Origin: an uncultured Hyphomicrobiales bacterium
GTDB lineage: Bacteria > Pseudomonadota > Alphaproteobacteria > Rhizobiales > CAZSNL01
Direction: 5' to 3'
Assembly: GCA_964608275.1 (NCBI GenBank)
Contig: CAZSNL010000001.1
Span: forward strand, 9,088-73,087
Length of the DNA stretch: 64,000 nucleotides
Position numbers and translations under genes: made by a program. Positions 1 through 10,245 of this stretch are shown here, piece after piece. Positions within the stretch are counted from its first letter, which is position 1. Every line of letters begins with the position of its first letter. The notes below the pieces were generated by a model. It was not told where the DNA came from. It saw nothing but the letters and a program-made list of their open reading frames with translations, and did no database searches.

Positions 1-117
1 CGATGATCGCCGCGGTCCACGCGACGTGGGGGTTCGATGCGCTGTTCCGGCTGCTGTCGGTGGCGGCAGTCGCGATCCTCGCGGCGGTGGCGCTGCTGCC
101 GCGCGCGTTGCCGCAGT
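1..117 (+). CDS. 3' end of a gene truncated by the window edge; hydrophobic C-terminus, product unknown
   Basis: Frame 3 reads MIAAVHATWGFDALFRLLSVAAVAILAAVALLPRALPQ and stops at TGA 115-117. It is Ala/Leu/Val-rich like a membrane segment. It is partial, so it is absent from the ORF track. Confidence 0.3.
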
Positions 118-171
118 GAGCAGCGGCGGGAGCTGACGGGGCGGTTGCAGCATTGGCGGCGAGGCGGAACA

Positions 172-648
172 ATGGCCGGAGTCGAAGAAGGAAACCGCGG
201 CGTGCTGACGGTCGAACGATTACTTCCGGTCGCCAAGGCGCGGCTGGCGACGGTCAGGCAGGACGAGCTCCTGGTCGATGCGGCAAGGATGCTGGCCGGC
301 GTCGAATGCAGTCTCGTCATCGTCTGCGACGGCTCGGGAACGGCGGTCGGGGTCATCACCGAGACCGACCTCGTGCGCCGGATCGGCCATTGCACGGGGG
401 CGACCTGCAGGATGCGTGCAGAGGACGTCATGTCCCGCGATATCGTCTCCTGCCATCCCGACGACCGCGTCGACCATGTGTGGGAGCGCATCAAGCTCAA
501 GGGGTTGAAGCACATGCCGGTGCTCGACGGCGCGCAGAGACCAGTGGGGGTGCTCAACGCGAGGGACGTGGTCGAGGCGCTGCTGGACGTGGTGCAGCAC
601 GAGGAACGGCTGTTGCGGGACTACGTCGCCTGCGTCGGATATCGATGA
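172..648 (+). CDS. CBS domain-containing protein
   Basis: ATG at 172 lies inside track ORF 37..648; the upstream 45 codons are Arg/Cys-rich and look non-coding. CBS-pair strings: VIVCDGSGTAVGVITETDLVRR and HMPVLDGAQRPVGVLNARDVVEAL. Confidence 0.8.
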   Translation: MAGVEEGNRGVLTVERLLPVAKARLATVRQDELLVDAARMLAGVECSLVIVCDGSGTAVGVITETDLVRRIGHCTGATCRMRAEDVMSRDIVSCHPDDRVDHVWERIKLKGLKHMPVLDGAQRPVGVLNARDVVEALLDVVQHEERLLRDYVACVGYR

Positions 649-705
649 GGCGACCGCTGCCTGCCCCGGCGCGCGAACGGTTGAAACGAGGGAAAGGACA
701 TACAG

Positions 706-1048
706 ATGGCATTGCCACCTGCGCGGCCCGCCGAGCGGGTTGACCTGCGCCCGCTCGGAAGCGGGCTCCGGGACGCCAAGACCGCGGCGATCGTCAAGAC
801 GAGACCAGTTCGAGGCCATTCGACTCATCGTTCCGGCCGGAACGGAGATCCCGTCGCACCGGGTTCCCGGCGAGATCACCCTGCACTGCCTGGAGGGCCA
901 CGTCGCGCTGGGACTGGCGGGTACGGAGGTCGAGCTGAAGGCCGGCGAATGGATGTACCTCGAAGGCGGCGCGGATCATTCGGTCCGCGGGCTGGAGGAC
1001 TCGTCGGTGCTCCTCACAATCATGTTCACCCACGGGAACGACGCCTGA
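706..1048 (+). pseudogene. small cupin-domain protein whose frame is broken by an apparent 1-nt insertion near 802 (true frameshift or sequencing error)
   Basis: The N-terminal 32 aa (MALPPARPAERVDLRPLGSGLRDAKTAAIVKT) are in the frame of track ORF 706..2064. The cupin barrel (DQFEAIRLIVPAGTEIPSHRVPGEITLHCLEGHV...GEWMYLEGGADHSVR) continues in the frame of ORF 740..1048. The junction is aag acg a gac at 796-805. Confidence 0.5.
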
Positions 1049-1068
1049 CGCAACGCCTCCAGGAGCGG

Positions 1069-1992
1069 TCAGGCGATCTCCACGCCCATGTCGGCGATCA
1101 GGCGCTCGCGGTCGGCGAGCGCGGCCAGCGCCCGGTCGCCAAGCCGTCCGGCGACAAGGTTCAGCAACGCTTCGCCGAACACCACGTAGGCGCCCATGCT
1201 GTTGGAAAAGAAGCTGCTGGCGTGCGGCACGAAGAAGGTGTGGCGGGCCGGCGGAACCAGCGGCGAGGCGCGGGAATCGGTAATCGCCACGACGGCAAGC
1301 CCGTTGGCGCCGGCGGTTTCGGCAACCTGGACTACGCTGCGGGTATACGGGGCGCAGCTTGCCACCACCACGACGTCTTCCGGTTCGAGCTGCGAAATCG
1401 CCTCGGCCTCGCCCAGCCGCGGCGCGTCGAGCAGCGCCACGTCCGAACGCAGCATGCCGAGCCCGTAGGCGAGAAAGCTCGCCAGCGCGTGGAACTGACG
1501 GACGCCGTGCAGCCGGACCCGGCGGGCTTCGGCGAGGAGCCCCGCAGCCCCGCGGAGCTGCCCGGCGTCCAGTTGTGCGATGAAGCCTTCGATGTTGGCG
1601 ATGGATTCGCGCGCCAGCCGCTCGAACACCTCGATCTCGGTACCCGCCCCGGCGCGGGACGCGAGCAGCCTGCCGGCCTGGCGGCTGTAGAAGTAACCGG
1701 TGTCGTCGGCGATGGCGTCGCGAAACACGCCCTGGAAATCGCTGAAGCCGTCATAGCCGAGCCGCTTGGCCAAGCGGGTGAGGGTGGACGGATTGACACC
1801 GAGGATATCGGCCAGCTCGGAGATCGAGCGAACGGCCGCCTGCTCGGGCGTGTCGACCAGCCGCGCAAACACGTCGCGCGCCTTGCTGCCGAGGGCGATC
1901 CCGCCTTCGTTGCGGCCTATGCGCAGGGACAGGGCTCTCAACTCCTCGATGGTCTTGGGCGGCCGCGGGGCCTGCTGTGCTGTTCCTGGCAT
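1069..1992 (-). CDS. MurR/RpiR family transcriptional regulator (HTH + SIS domain)
   Basis: HTH string ISELADILGVNPSTLTRLAKRLGYDGFSDFQ and SIS-like VVVASCAPYTRSVVQVAETAGANGLAVVAITD. I chose the ATG at 1992, 6 nt after the upstream stop; the track start at 2040 would overlap the upstream gene. Confidence 0.85.
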   Translation of the reverse strand: MPGTAQQAPRPPKTIEELRALSLRIGRNEGGIALGSKARDVFARLVDTPEQAAVRSISELADILGVNPSTLTRLAKRLGYDGFSDFQGVFRDAIADDTGYFYSRQAGRLLASRAGAGTEIEVFERLARESIANIEGFIAQLDAGQLRGAAGLLAEARRVRLHGVRQFHALASFLAYGLGMLRSDVALLDAPRLGEAEAISQLEPEDVVVVASCAPYTRSVVQVAETAGANGLAVVAITDSRASPLVPPARHTFFVPHASSFFSNSMGAYVVFGEALLNLVAGRLGDRALAALADRERLIADMGVEIA

Positions 1993-1997
1993 TTCGG

Positions 1998-3059
1998 CTA
2001 CACCGCTGCCGGCTCGAGTCCGCGGCCCATGTCGAAGCACGGCGACGCACCGGGGCGGTCATAGACCGCCCACCGAAGCCCGTCCCGCCCGATACGGAAG
2101 ACGGCGGTTGCGTGGGTATTCTCGTTGTCGGGGTCGCCGGGATCGGTGCGGTGGATGGGAAAGTCGCTGCACCCGGTGTCCCACAGCAGTTTCAGGGCGT
2201 CTGCCTCGCCACGGCCGCCGCCGGCTGCAGCCGCTGCAAGATCGGCGCCGCGTCGCTGCCGCTGCCCCGACGATCCGGTAACGCGTTGCGGGACGGCGGT
2301 CATGGCGGGATGAACGAAATGGTTGGCATGGACGCCGCACACGTCGACCTCCATTACCGATACCGCATCCGCCGAGAATTCGACGCTGAGCAGCCTGTCG
2401 TCGCCGGCCCTGGCCAGCGTGAGATGGAACGCGCCGCCGCGATCATGGGCGCGGATCAGCGAAACGGCGGCATCGAGGCCGTCGCAGTCGAGGGTGGCGC
2501 GGGTGAGGATCATGCGCGGCACTCCGCGTCCGCCGCGAAGCGGGCGGATGTTGTTGACCGTCTGTACCAGACCGTCCGCGGTCGCGGCAAACGTGTGGCC
2601 GGGCAGCGAGCCGGGATAGACGAACGCGGTGAACACGGCACCGCCGTCGGAGGCGATGCGGGCGACCGCGCAATGGCCGGCAAGCCGCGGTTCGCCGTCC
2701 TCGTTGTGGGCGACGACATGGGGAGGGCCGGGCATGTGCACCGTGGTACAGCCACCCGGCGCGGTGGGCCAGACGTCGCCACGGCAGTTCCACAGGAACA
2801 CGTCATCGAATGGCAGTTCGAGGCCCTCCGCCAGACCGCGCAACTCCTGCCAGTAGCGGGGGAACCGCTCGCGCACGAGGGTAGCCATCGCGGAGACGTC
2901 CGCCGCCGCGGAACGGCTCGTGACCTCGCGCCAGGCCCGCGAAGGCATCAGGACGTCGCGCACCGCGCGGGCACCGAACCGGCCGAGTGCGACCCCCACA
3001 TCGTGAGGCGTGCCGCGGATGTCGAGGAACCTCAGCCGCGGCGTCTGCTCAGGCAACAT
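1998..3059 (-). CDS. C45 family peptidase / acyl-CoA:6-aminopenicillanic acid acyltransferase-like Ntn hydrolase
   Basis: Strings PGGCTTVHMPG (candidate nucleophile Cys), VVAHNEDGE and GGAFHLTLA fit the family as I remember it. I prefer the internal ATG at 3059 ([22 protein letters not shown]). The track start at 3170 would read through the glnQ 3' end. Confidence 0.7.
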   Translation of the reverse strand: MLPEQTPRLRFLDIRGTPHDVGVALGRFGARAVRDVLMPSRAWREVTSRSAAADVSAMATLVRERFPRYWQELRGLAEGLELPFDDVFLWNCRGDVWPTAPGGCTTVHMPGPPHVVAHNEDGEPRLAGHCAVARIASDGGAVFTAFVYPGSLPGHTFAATADGLVQTVNNIRPLRGGRGVPRMILTRATLDCDGLDAAVSLIRAHDRGGAFHLTLARAGDDRLLSVEFSADAVSVMEVDVCGVHANHFVHPAMTAVPQRVTGSSGQRQRRGADLAAAAAGGGRGEADALKLLWDTGCSDFPIHRTDPGDPDNENTHATAVFRIGRDGLRWAVYDRPGASPCFDMGRGLEPAAV

Positions 3060-3777
3060 GCTGCAGGAACTCGCGAAGCCGGGTGTTGTCGGGCCTGTCG
3101 AGAAGCTCCGCTGGCGGACCGTCGACCGATATCTTGCCGCCTTCCATGAAGATGAGCCGGGTGCCGACACGGCTTGCGAACGACATCTCGTGGGTCACGA
3201 CGATCATCGTCATGCCCTCTTCGGCGAGCGTCTGCATGACCCTCAGAACTTCATGGCGCAGTTCCGGATCGAGCGCCGACGTCGGCTCGTCGAACAGCAT
3301 CAGCTTCGGCTTCACCGCAAGCGCGCGGGCGATGGCGACGCGCTGCTGCTGGCCGCCGGAGAGTTCGCTCGGATAGTGGTCGACGCGATCGGAAAGACCG
3401 ACCTTGCCGAGCATCTCCAGGGCCTGGCGGCGTGCCTCGCTCCTGCTCGCACCGCGCACCCGGCGCGGCCCGAAGGCGACATTCTCAAGCGCGGTCATCT
3501 GCGGGAAGAGATTGAACTGCTGGAACACCATGCCGGCCTCCTGGCGGATCAGCCGTACCTGCGAGCCGCCGGAGCGGACGCTGATGCCATCGACGACGAG
3601 GTCGCCGCCGTCGATCGATTCAAGCGCGTTGATGCACCTGAGCAGCGTCGACTTTCCCGATCCGGAAGGGCCAATGACGACGACGACCTCGCCGGGCTCG
3701 ATCGTGAGGTCGACGCCGTCGAGCACCACGACATCGCCGAACCGCTTGGTCACGTTCCTGAATTCGACGATGCTCAC
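3049..3777 (-). CDS. glnQ: polar amino acid (glutamine-type) ABC transporter ATP-binding protein
   Basis: Walker [10 protein letters not shown], signature [15 protein letters not shown], Walker [13 protein letters not shown]. The GTG start at 3777 ([13 protein letters not shown]) overlaps the glnP stop by 4 nt (GTGA). Confidence 0.9.
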   Translation of the reverse strand: MSIVEFRNVTKRFGDVVVLDGVDLTIEPGEVVVVIGPSGSGKSTLLRCINALESIDGGDLVVDGISVRSGGSQVRLIRQEAGMVFQQFNLFPQMTALENVAFGPRRVRGASRSEARRQALEMLGKVGLSDRVDHYPSELSGGQQQRVAIARALAVKPKLMLFDEPTSALDPELRHEVLRVMQTLAEEGMTMIVVTHEMSFASRVGTRLIFMEGGKISVDGPPAELLDRPDNTRLREFLQHVA

Positions 3778-4430
3778 AGGATCCGCATCCTCTTCTCGGT
3801 GGCGCGCAGGAGGAGGGTGAGGGTGCCGGTCATGATCAGGTAGAGGATGGCGACGGCACTCCAGATCTCGACCGCCCGGAAGTTGGCGGCCATGATCTCC
3901 TGGCCCTGGCGTGTCAGTTCGCCCACGCCGATGACGATGAACAGCGAGGTGTCCTTCAGGCTGACGATAAACTGGTTGCCGAGCGGCGGTATCATGCGGC
4001 GGAAGGCGACCGGGCCGATGATGTAGACGAGCACCTTCCACATCGGCAGCCCGAGCGCGAGACCCGCCTCGCGCAGGCCCTTGTGCACCGACAGGAAGGC
4101 TCCGCGGACGATCTCGGCAATGTAGGCGCCCGCGTTGACCACGATGGCGGCAATGGCGGCGGTAAGCGGATCGACCCGGATATCGGCGAGGGTCGGCAGG
4201 GCGAAATAGATGAACATGACCTGCACGACGATCGGCGTGCCGCGGATCAGCTCGATGTAACCGAAGGCCAGCGTATTGAGGGCGGCGTTGCCGTAGGCGC
4301 GCATCAGACCCGCCACGAAGCCGAGGGCGAGGCCGCCGGCGAGCCCGGCAACGGTGATCAGGACGGTAAGCCGTGCCCCCTTGAGAAGCGACGGCAGAGC
4401 GTCGACCACCACGGACCAGTCGAAGTCCAC
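3774..4430 (-). CDS. glnP: polar amino acid ABC transporter permease
   Basis: His/Glu/Gln/Arg-type permease strings [19 protein letters not shown] and [23 protein letters not shown] at 4430 ([13 protein letters not shown]) has GGAGG 7 nt upstream. The upstream part of the track ORF is Arg/Pro-rich junk. Confidence 0.85.
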   Translation of the reverse strand: MDFDWSVVVDALPSLLKGARLTVLITVAGLAGGLALGFVAGLMRAYGNAALNTLAFGYIELIRGTPIVVQVMFIYFALPTLADIRVDPLTAAIAAIVVNAGAYIAEIVRGAFLSVHKGLREAGLALGLPMWKVLVYIIGPVAFRRMIPPLGNQFIVSLKDTSLFIVIGVGELTRQGQEIMAANFRAVEIWSAVAILYLIMTGTLTLLLRATEKRMRIL

Positions 4431-4530
4431 GATCTGACCTCCATCCTGCGAGACGATGGCGACGGTGACGAGCGGCAGGAGCCGTCGGACGGACGGTACG
4501 TGCCCGCCGCTCGCGGGCCGGAAGAGGCGA

Positions 4531-5280
4531 TCACTTCGCTGGCGGTTCGGTCCCGAACCACTTCCGGTAGATGGCGTCGTAGCGGCCATCGGCGCGGATG
4601 GTCTTCAGTGCCTCGTTGACCTTCGCGACGAGCTCGCTGCCCTTCGGAAAGGCAATCCCGTACTCGTGCGCCATCATCTGCGCGCCCACCGCCTTGACCT
4701 TCCCGTTGCCTGCCTTGGCGATGTAGTAGAGCACGTTGGGGGTGTCGTGCATCGCGGCATCGACGCGGGCCGTCTGCAGTTCGAGGTAGGCATTGTCCAC
4801 GTTGGGGAACTGCCGCAGCTCGGTGTCCTTGAAATGCTCCTTGGCGTAGTCGGCCGCCGAGGTGCCCGTCTTCACCGCCAGCGTCTTGCCGGCAAGATCC
4901 TCGGGCCCCGTGATCGTGCTGTCGGCGGCGACCATCAGCAGGAAGCCGCTGTCGTAGTAGCCGTCGGAGAAGTCGATGACCTTCTTGCGTTCGTCCTTGA
5001 TGGTGATGCCGGCGAGGGCAACATCGACCTGTTTCGTCTGCAGCGCGGGAATGATGCCGTTGAAGTCCATCGGCTGCAGCCTGTACTCGAGCCCGAGGTC
5101 CTTGGCGATCTCGGCCCACAGGTCGATGTCGAAGCCGACGTACTTGTCGCCCTCCTTGAACTCGAACGGAACGAATGCCGTGTCCGTCGCGACGACGAGC
5201 TCATTGGCAGCCACGGGCTGAGCCAGCATCGCAATCGTTCCGAGCACTGCCGCGAAGAGTTTGCGAACGGTGGTGTTCAT
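4531..5280 (-). CDS. glnH: glutamine-type ABC transporter periplasmic substrate-binding protein
   Basis: Signal peptide [25 protein letters not shown]. This is followed by [85 protein letters not shown] and [10 protein letters not shown]. From memory these are collinear with E. coli GlnH. Confidence 0.9.
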   Translation of the reverse strand: MNTTVRKLFAAVLGTIAMLAQPVAANELVVATDTAFVPFEFKEGDKYVGFDIDLWAEIAKDLGLEYRLQPMDFNGIIPALQTKQVDVALAGITIKDERKKVIDFSDGYYDSGFLLMVAADSTITGPEDLAGKTLAVKTGTSAADYAKEHFKDTELRQFPNVDNAYLELQTARVDAAMHDTPNVLYYIAKAGNGKVKAVGAQMMAHEYGIAFPKGSELVAKVNEALKTIRADGRYDAIYRKWFGTEPPAK

Positions 5281-5332
5281 GCCGGTTCCCTCCTGCCCAG
5301 CGTGATCAGGGACACGGACGGTAACACGCGAC

Positions 5333-5381
5333 ATGCAAATTCACAATGCATTTCGATCTGATTTGCACTCATTATTTGCAT
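5333..5381. promoter_or_regulatory. AT-rich dyad-symmetric element with four TGCA-core half-sites between glnH and ku
   Basis: ATGCAAAT(5333-5340)-N5-ATGCATTT(5346-5353)-N7-ATTTGCAC(5361-5368)-N5-ATTTGCAT(5374-5381). The outer pair is an exact reverse complement and both pairs are centred on 5357. Confidence 0.4.
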
Positions 5382-5460
5382 ATGCGCGATGGGTTCCGGA
5401 ACCGCGGCCGCCGGGCGTTCGTTGTCGTGCCGTGGGATACGACCTCCGGAGAAGACAAGC

Positions 5461-6324
5461 ATGGCTGCGCCGCGCGCATACTGGAAAGGACACCTGAGAC
5501 TGTCGCTGGTGGCGATCGGCGTCGAGCTCTATCCGGCAACGGATCGCAGGAGCGAACTGGCCATGCACCAGATCCACAAGGAGAGCGGCAAGCGGATCCG
5601 CTACCAGAAGATCGTGCCGGGCATGGGGCCGGTCGATACCGACGAGATCGTCAAGGGCTATGATCTCGGCGACGACACCTACGTGGTGCTGGAGCCGGAT
5701 GAACTCGACGCGATCAAGCTGGAGACGAAGCGGACGGTGGAACTGGTGCAGTTCGTCGACTACGCACAGGTCGATCCGCGATACTTCGAGCGGCCCTACT
5801 ACGTCGTCCCCGACAGCGACGTGTCGGAGGAGGGCTACGTCGTCATCCGCGAGGCGCTGCGGCGCTCCAACAAGGTCGGGCTGGGCCAGATCACGCTTCG
5901 CGGCCGCGAGAACCTGGTGGCGGTGAAGCCGTGCGGCAAGGGACTCCTGATGGAGACGCTCAGGTATGCCGACGAGTTGCGGGCGGCCGATCCGTTCTTC
6001 GAGGACATTCCGGACACCGAACCGGACGAGGAAATGATTGAACTGGCGAGCCAGCTCATCGAACGCAAGACGGCGCCATTCGACGCGTCGGCGTTCAAGG
6101 ACTCCTATGCCGATGCGCTGGCCGACCTGATCGAGGAAAAGCGCAAGGGTCGCGCCATCGTGGCGGCCGAGGAGGAGCCCGGGCGGCCGCGCCGGGGTGC
6201 CGAGGTCGTCGACCTGATGGAAGCGCTCAAACGATCGGTCGAGGGCGGCAAGGGCAAGGGCAAGTCCTCAGGCCGCAAACAGGGGTCCAAGAAATCGCAG
6301 AGCCGGCAACGCAAGGCAGGCTAG
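5461..6324 (+). CDS. ku: Ku protein (non-homologous end joining)
   Basis: ATG at 5461 gives MAAPRAYWKGHLRLSLVAIGVELYPA, the typical bacterial Ku N-terminus. Also ERPYYVVPD and a Lys/Gly/Ser-rich basic tail GGKGKGKSSGRKQGSKKSQSRQRKAG. Confidence 0.9.
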   Translation: MAAPRAYWKGHLRLSLVAIGVELYPATDRRSELAMHQIHKESGKRIRYQKIVPGMGPVDTDEIVKGYDLGDDTYVVLEPDELDAIKLETKRTVELVQFVDYAQVDPRYFERPYYVVPDSDVSEEGYVVIREALRRSNKVGLGQITLRGRENLVAVKPCGKGLLMETLRYADELRAADPFFEDIPDTEPDEEMIELASQLIERKTAPFDASAFKDSYADALADLIEEKRKGRAIVAAEEEPGRPRRGAEVVDLMEALKRSVEGGKGKGKSSGRKQGSKKSQSRQRKAG

Positions 6325-6327
6325 GCG

Positions 6328-8847
6328 ATGGCGCGGACGGGTGTTGCGGACTCCCTCACCGAGTATCGCAGGAAGCGGGACTTCTCGAAGACGACGGAAC
6401 CGGAGGGCGGCACGGCGCCGGCCGACGAGTACACCTACGTGATCCAGAAGCATGCGGCGCGCCGGCTGCACTACGACCTGAGGCTTGCCCTGGATGGCGT
6501 ACTGAAGAGCTGGGCGGTTACCCGGGGACCCTCGCTAGACCCTTCCGAAAAGCGACTGGCGGTGCGCACGGAGGACCATCCGCTCAAGTACGGCGGGTTC
6601 GAGGGCACCATTGCGCCCGGCGAATACGGCGCCGGCACGGTGATGCTGTGGGACCGCGGAACGTGGGAGCCGATCGGCGATCCGCATGAAGGACTGGAAA
6701 AGGGCGACCTGAAGTTTCGCCTGCACGGAGAACGGCTCAAGGGGACCTGGGTGCTGGTCCGGCTCAAGCCGCGCGACGGCGAAAAGCGCGAGAACTGGCT
6801 CCTGATCAAGAAGCGCGACAAGCACGCCGATGACGGGCGTGACGTGCTCGACCGCCATACGAAGAGCGTGGCGACCGGCCGGACGATGAAGCAGATCGCG
6901 AAGGGCGACGCGGTGTGGCACTCCGACAGGCCGGCCGGCGGGGCGGACGGGTCGGCCTCGGAGGCGCGGGCGCGGGTCGCGCGAAGGACGGGGAGCCGGG
7001 TGCCGAAACCGGTGGCGCCGCAACTCGCGACCCTCGTCGACGAAGCGCCGGAGGGGGAGGACTGGCTCCACGAGATCAAGTACGACGGCTATCGCATCGT
7101 GGCGGCCACAGGCGGCGGCGATGCCGTCCTGCAGACCCGCAAGGGCGAGGACTGGACGGCGCGTTTCCGCGGGCTCGTGCCCGACCTCGTGGCGCTGCCG
7201 GTGGGGTCGGCGCTGATCGACGGCGAGGTGGTGGTGCTGGACGACGCCGGACGCAGCCGGTTCGGCGATCTGCAGCGTGCACTGAAGGACCGGCACGATA
7301 CCTATACCTACGTGGCGTTCGACCTGCTGTCGGTCGACGGCGAGGATCTCCGACGGCAGCCGCTCGAAACGCGCAAGGAGCGGCTGCGCGACATCATGAG
7401 CGGAGCCGGCGGGCGGCTGCTCTATTGCGACCACGTGATCGGCAACGGTCCCGCGGTGCTGTCGCAGGCCTGCGCGATGGGACTGGAAGGCATCGTGTCG
7501 AAGCGCCGCGACAGCCGGTATCGCTCGGGACGATCGCGGAACTGGCTCAAGATCAAGTGCAACGGCCACGACGACTTCATCATCGGCGGCTGGCGGCCGT
7601 CGACGGTAGCGGGACGGCCGTTCGCATCCCTGCTGGTCGGCGAGCCAGTCGACGGGAAGCTCGTCTACCGCGGGCGCGTCGGCACCGGTTTCGACTCGCG
7701 CGATCTCGCCGAACTCGGAAAGAAGCTCCGGACGCTGGAAATCAAGGCGCCGCCGTTCGACACGCTGCCGCGCGAGGCGAGGCGTGACGCACGATGGGTC
7801 AAGCCGGAGCTGGTCGCCGAAATCGGCTACACTGAGACGACCGCCGACGGGCTCCTGCGCCAGCCGCGCTACCTGGGGCTGCGGGCGGACAAGCCGGCGT
7901 CAGGATCGCCGCCGGGCGAGGCGGACAGCAACGGGAGCAAGCCGATGGAGGTGCGTGTCGCCGGAGTACACATTTCCAGTCCCGACAAGGTGCTGTTTCC
8001 GGAGCAGGGGCTGACCAAACGGCAGCTCGCGGAGTATCTCGACCAGGTGGCGGACGTGATGCTGCCGCACGCGGCGATGCGGCCGCTGACCCTGCTGCGG
8101 TGCCCGGAAGGCCGGGCCAGGAAGTGCTTCTACCAGAAGCACGGCGGCCCGGGCGTCACCGACGCGTTCCAGACGATCGAGATCGAGGAGGCAAAGGGCA
8201 CGCGGGCCGACTATCTCTACATCAAGGACCGCAGAGGCCTCGTCGGCACCGCCCAGATGGGTGTCCTCGAACTGCACCTGTGGGGCGCCCGGGTCGACCG
8301 GCTGGACCGCCCCGACCGGCTGGTGTTCGATCTCGATCCGGACGAGGCGGTACCGTTTGCCGAGGTGCGGCGCGCCGCCGCCGACGTGGCCGAACTGCTC
8401 GAGGCCGCCGGCATCCGTTCTTTTCCGCTGCTGACCGGCGGCAAGGGTGTGCACGTGGTCGCGCCGCTCGCACGACGCCAGGGCTGGCCGGAGATCAAGG
8501 CCTTCGCCGCCGGCCTCGCCCGCAGCCTGTCCGCCGCCGATCCCGACCGCTTCCTTGCCAAGGCGTCGAAGGCGGCCCGGAAGGGCAAGATATTCATCGA
8601 CTGGCTGCGCAACGAGCGCGGCGCGAGCGCGATCGCGCCGTACTCGGTGCGGGCGAGGCCGGGAGCGCCGGTGGCGGTGCCGGTGGGCTGGCAGGAGCTG
8701 CCCCGCATGGAAAGCTCGGCGCGCTATTCCATGGATGCGGCGCTGCGGCGGGTGAGCGGGCTCAAGCGCGATCCGTGGGAAGACTATTTCGAGATCAGGC
8801 AGTCGATCGGCGCCAGGACGCTCGAACTGGTCAGGAAGGCACTGTAA
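6328..8847 (+). CDS. ligD: ATP-dependent DNA ligase LigD (phosphoesterase - ligase - polymerase/primase domains)
   Basis: 839 aa, starting 4 nt after the ku stop. N-terminal phosphoesterase strings [17 protein letters not shown], ligase motif [10 protein letters not shown], and a C-terminal polymerase domain ([20 protein letters not shown]). Confidence 0.9.
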   Translation: MARTGVADSLTEYRRKRDFSKTTEPEGGTAPADEYTYVIQKHAARRLHYDLRLALDGVLKSWAVTRGPSLDPSEKRLAVRTEDHPLKYGGFEGTIAPGEYGAGTVMLWDRGTWEPIGDPHEGLEKGDLKFRLHGERLKGTWVLVRLKPRDGEKRENWLLIKKRDKHADDGRDVLDRHTKSVATGRTMKQIAKGDAVWHSDRPAGGADGSASEARARVARRTGSRVPKPVAPQLATLVDEAPEGEDWLHEIKYDGYRIVAATGGGDAVLQTRKGEDWTARFRGLVPDLVALPVGSALIDGEVVVLDDAGRSRFGDLQRALKDRHDTYTYVAFDLLSVDGEDLRRQPLETRKERLRDIMSGAGGRLLYCDHVIGNGPAVLSQACAMGLEGIVSKRRDSRYRSGRSRNWLKIKCNGHDDFIIGGWRPSTVAGRPFASLLVGEPVDGKLVYRGRVGTGFDSRDLAELGKKLRTLEIKAPPFDTLPREARRDARWVKPELVAEIGYTETTADGLLRQPRYLGLRADKPASGSPPGEADSNGSKPMEVRVAGVHISSPDKVLFPEQGLTKRQLAEYLDQVADVMLPHAAMRPLTLLRCPEGRARKCFYQKHGGPGVTDAFQTIEIEEAKGTRADYLYIKDRRGLVGTAQMGVLELHLWGARVDRLDRPDRLVFDLDPDEAVPFAEVRRAAADVAELLEAAGIRSFPLLTGGKGVHVVAPLARRQGWPEIKAFAAGLARSLSAADPDRFLAKASKAARKGKIFIDWLRNERGASAIAPYSVRARPGAPVAVPVGWQELPRMESSARYSMDAALRRVSGLKRDPWEDYFEIRQSIGARTLELVRKAL

Positions 8848-8875
8848 GACCGTCGCCAGGAGGCAGCCGGCGATT

Positions 8876-8894
8876 CCCGCGGGGAAGCCGCGGG
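8876..8894 (+). terminator. GC hairpin downstream of ligD (weak intrinsic-terminator candidate)
   Basis: CCCGCGG-ggaag-CCGCGGG, a 7-bp perfect stem 29 nt after the ligD stop. Only TT follows, so there is no real U-tract. Confidence 0.3.
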
Positions 8895-8932
8895 TTCGCC
8901 CGCACAGGTGCACGGAACGGATCGGGAGAGCC

Positions 8933-9940
8933 ATGGTACCGCTGTCCATTCTCGACCTCGTCAGGGTGACCGAGGAAACCGACGCGCGAGGCGCGCTCGA
9001 CAACGCGCGCGACCTCGCCCGGCATGCCGAGGACTGGGGGTACCGGCGCCTATGGGTCGCCGAACACCACAACATCCCGGGGATCGCGAGCGCGGCAACC
9101 TCGATCGTGATTGCCCATGTCGCGGCGGGATCGCGGTCGATCCGGGTCGGGGCGGGCGGCATCATGCTGCCGAACCATTCGCCGCTCGTCATCGCCGAGC
9201 AGTTCGGCACCCTCGAGCTGCTGTTCCCGGGGCGCATCGACCTGGGGCTCGGACGCGCGCCGGGGACGGACCAGCTCACGCTGCGAGCGCTGCGACACAC
9301 ACCGGCGGCGGCCGACAACTTTCCCCAGGACGTGGTCGACCTGCAGGCGCTGCTGGCCCCGCCGCGGCCGGGCCAGGCCATCGTGGCGATCCCGGGAGCG
9401 GGAGCAGAGGTGCCGCTGTGGATCCTCGGATCGAGCCATTTCGGCGCCATGCTGGCGGCGGAACTCGGGCTCCCCTACGCCTTCGCGTCGCACTTCGCCC
9501 CGGCGATGCTGATGCAGGCGCTCGAACTCTACCGCACCCGGTTCAAGCCATCGAAGCAGCTCGACCGGCCGTACGCGATGGTCGGCGTCAACATCATTGC
9601 CGCACCCGACGACGACGAGGCGCGGCGACTGGCGACCACCCAGCAGATGTCGTTCACCGACATCTTCCGCGGCACCCGCGGCGTCGGCCGGCCGCCGATC
9701 GACGACATCGAGGCCTACTGGACGCCGGCGGAGAAGGCGAAGGTGATGCAGATGCTGGCCCGGTCGATCGTCGGCTCTCCCGACACCATCCGCGCCGGCC
9801 TCGAAGCGCTGATCGCGGAGACCGGCGCCGACGAACTGATCATCGTCTCAGACGTCTACGACCACCGCCTGCGGCTGCGCTCGTTCGAACTGATCGCCGA
9901 CGTCGCCCGCGGGATGAGCGGGATCCCGGCCGCGACCTGA
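8933..9940 (+). CDS. LLM class flavin-dependent oxidoreductase (luciferase-like monooxygenase family)
   Basis: [10 protein letters not shown]..., [70 protein letters not shown]. These are the typical N-terminal half of stand-alone LLM proteins. Confidence 0.85.
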   Translation: MVPLSILDLVRVTEETDARGALDNARDLARHAEDWGYRRLWVAEHHNIPGIASAATSIVIAHVAAGSRSIRVGAGGIMLPNHSPLVIAEQFGTLELLFPGRIDLGLGRAPGTDQLTLRALRHTPAAADNFPQDVVDLQALLAPPRPGQAIVAIPGAGAEVPLWILGSSHFGAMLAAELGLPYAFASHFAPAMLMQALELYRTRFKPSKQLDRPYAMVGVNIIAAPDDDEARRLATTQQMSFTDIFRGTRGVGRPPIDDIEAYWTPAEKAKVMQMLARSIVGSPDTIRAGLEALIAETGADELIIVSDVYDHRLRLRSFELIADVARGMSGIPAAT

Positions 9941-10245
9941 CCGACGGTGCGGGGTAGCGAATTCCCGGCAGCACTCCTGATCCGTGGCTTCACGCAACCT
10001 GGCCGGCCCATTGCCGCCATCCGCGGTCCCCTCCGGTCTACCCCTTTCGGATATCCATTCATCCGGATGGGTGAATTCCTACCTCTCATGACTGGTTGCG
10101 CAGGGGCCATCATCTCCGAACGATAAACCGGTTGCGCGCAAAAGGTGTCCAAGTGGGCGCCTTTTGGTCCGCAAATGGTCCGCTACCGGACAACAACAAG
10201 CAGGCGTGCAAATTCAAGGACGCGCCGCATACTGGAGGAACGCCC

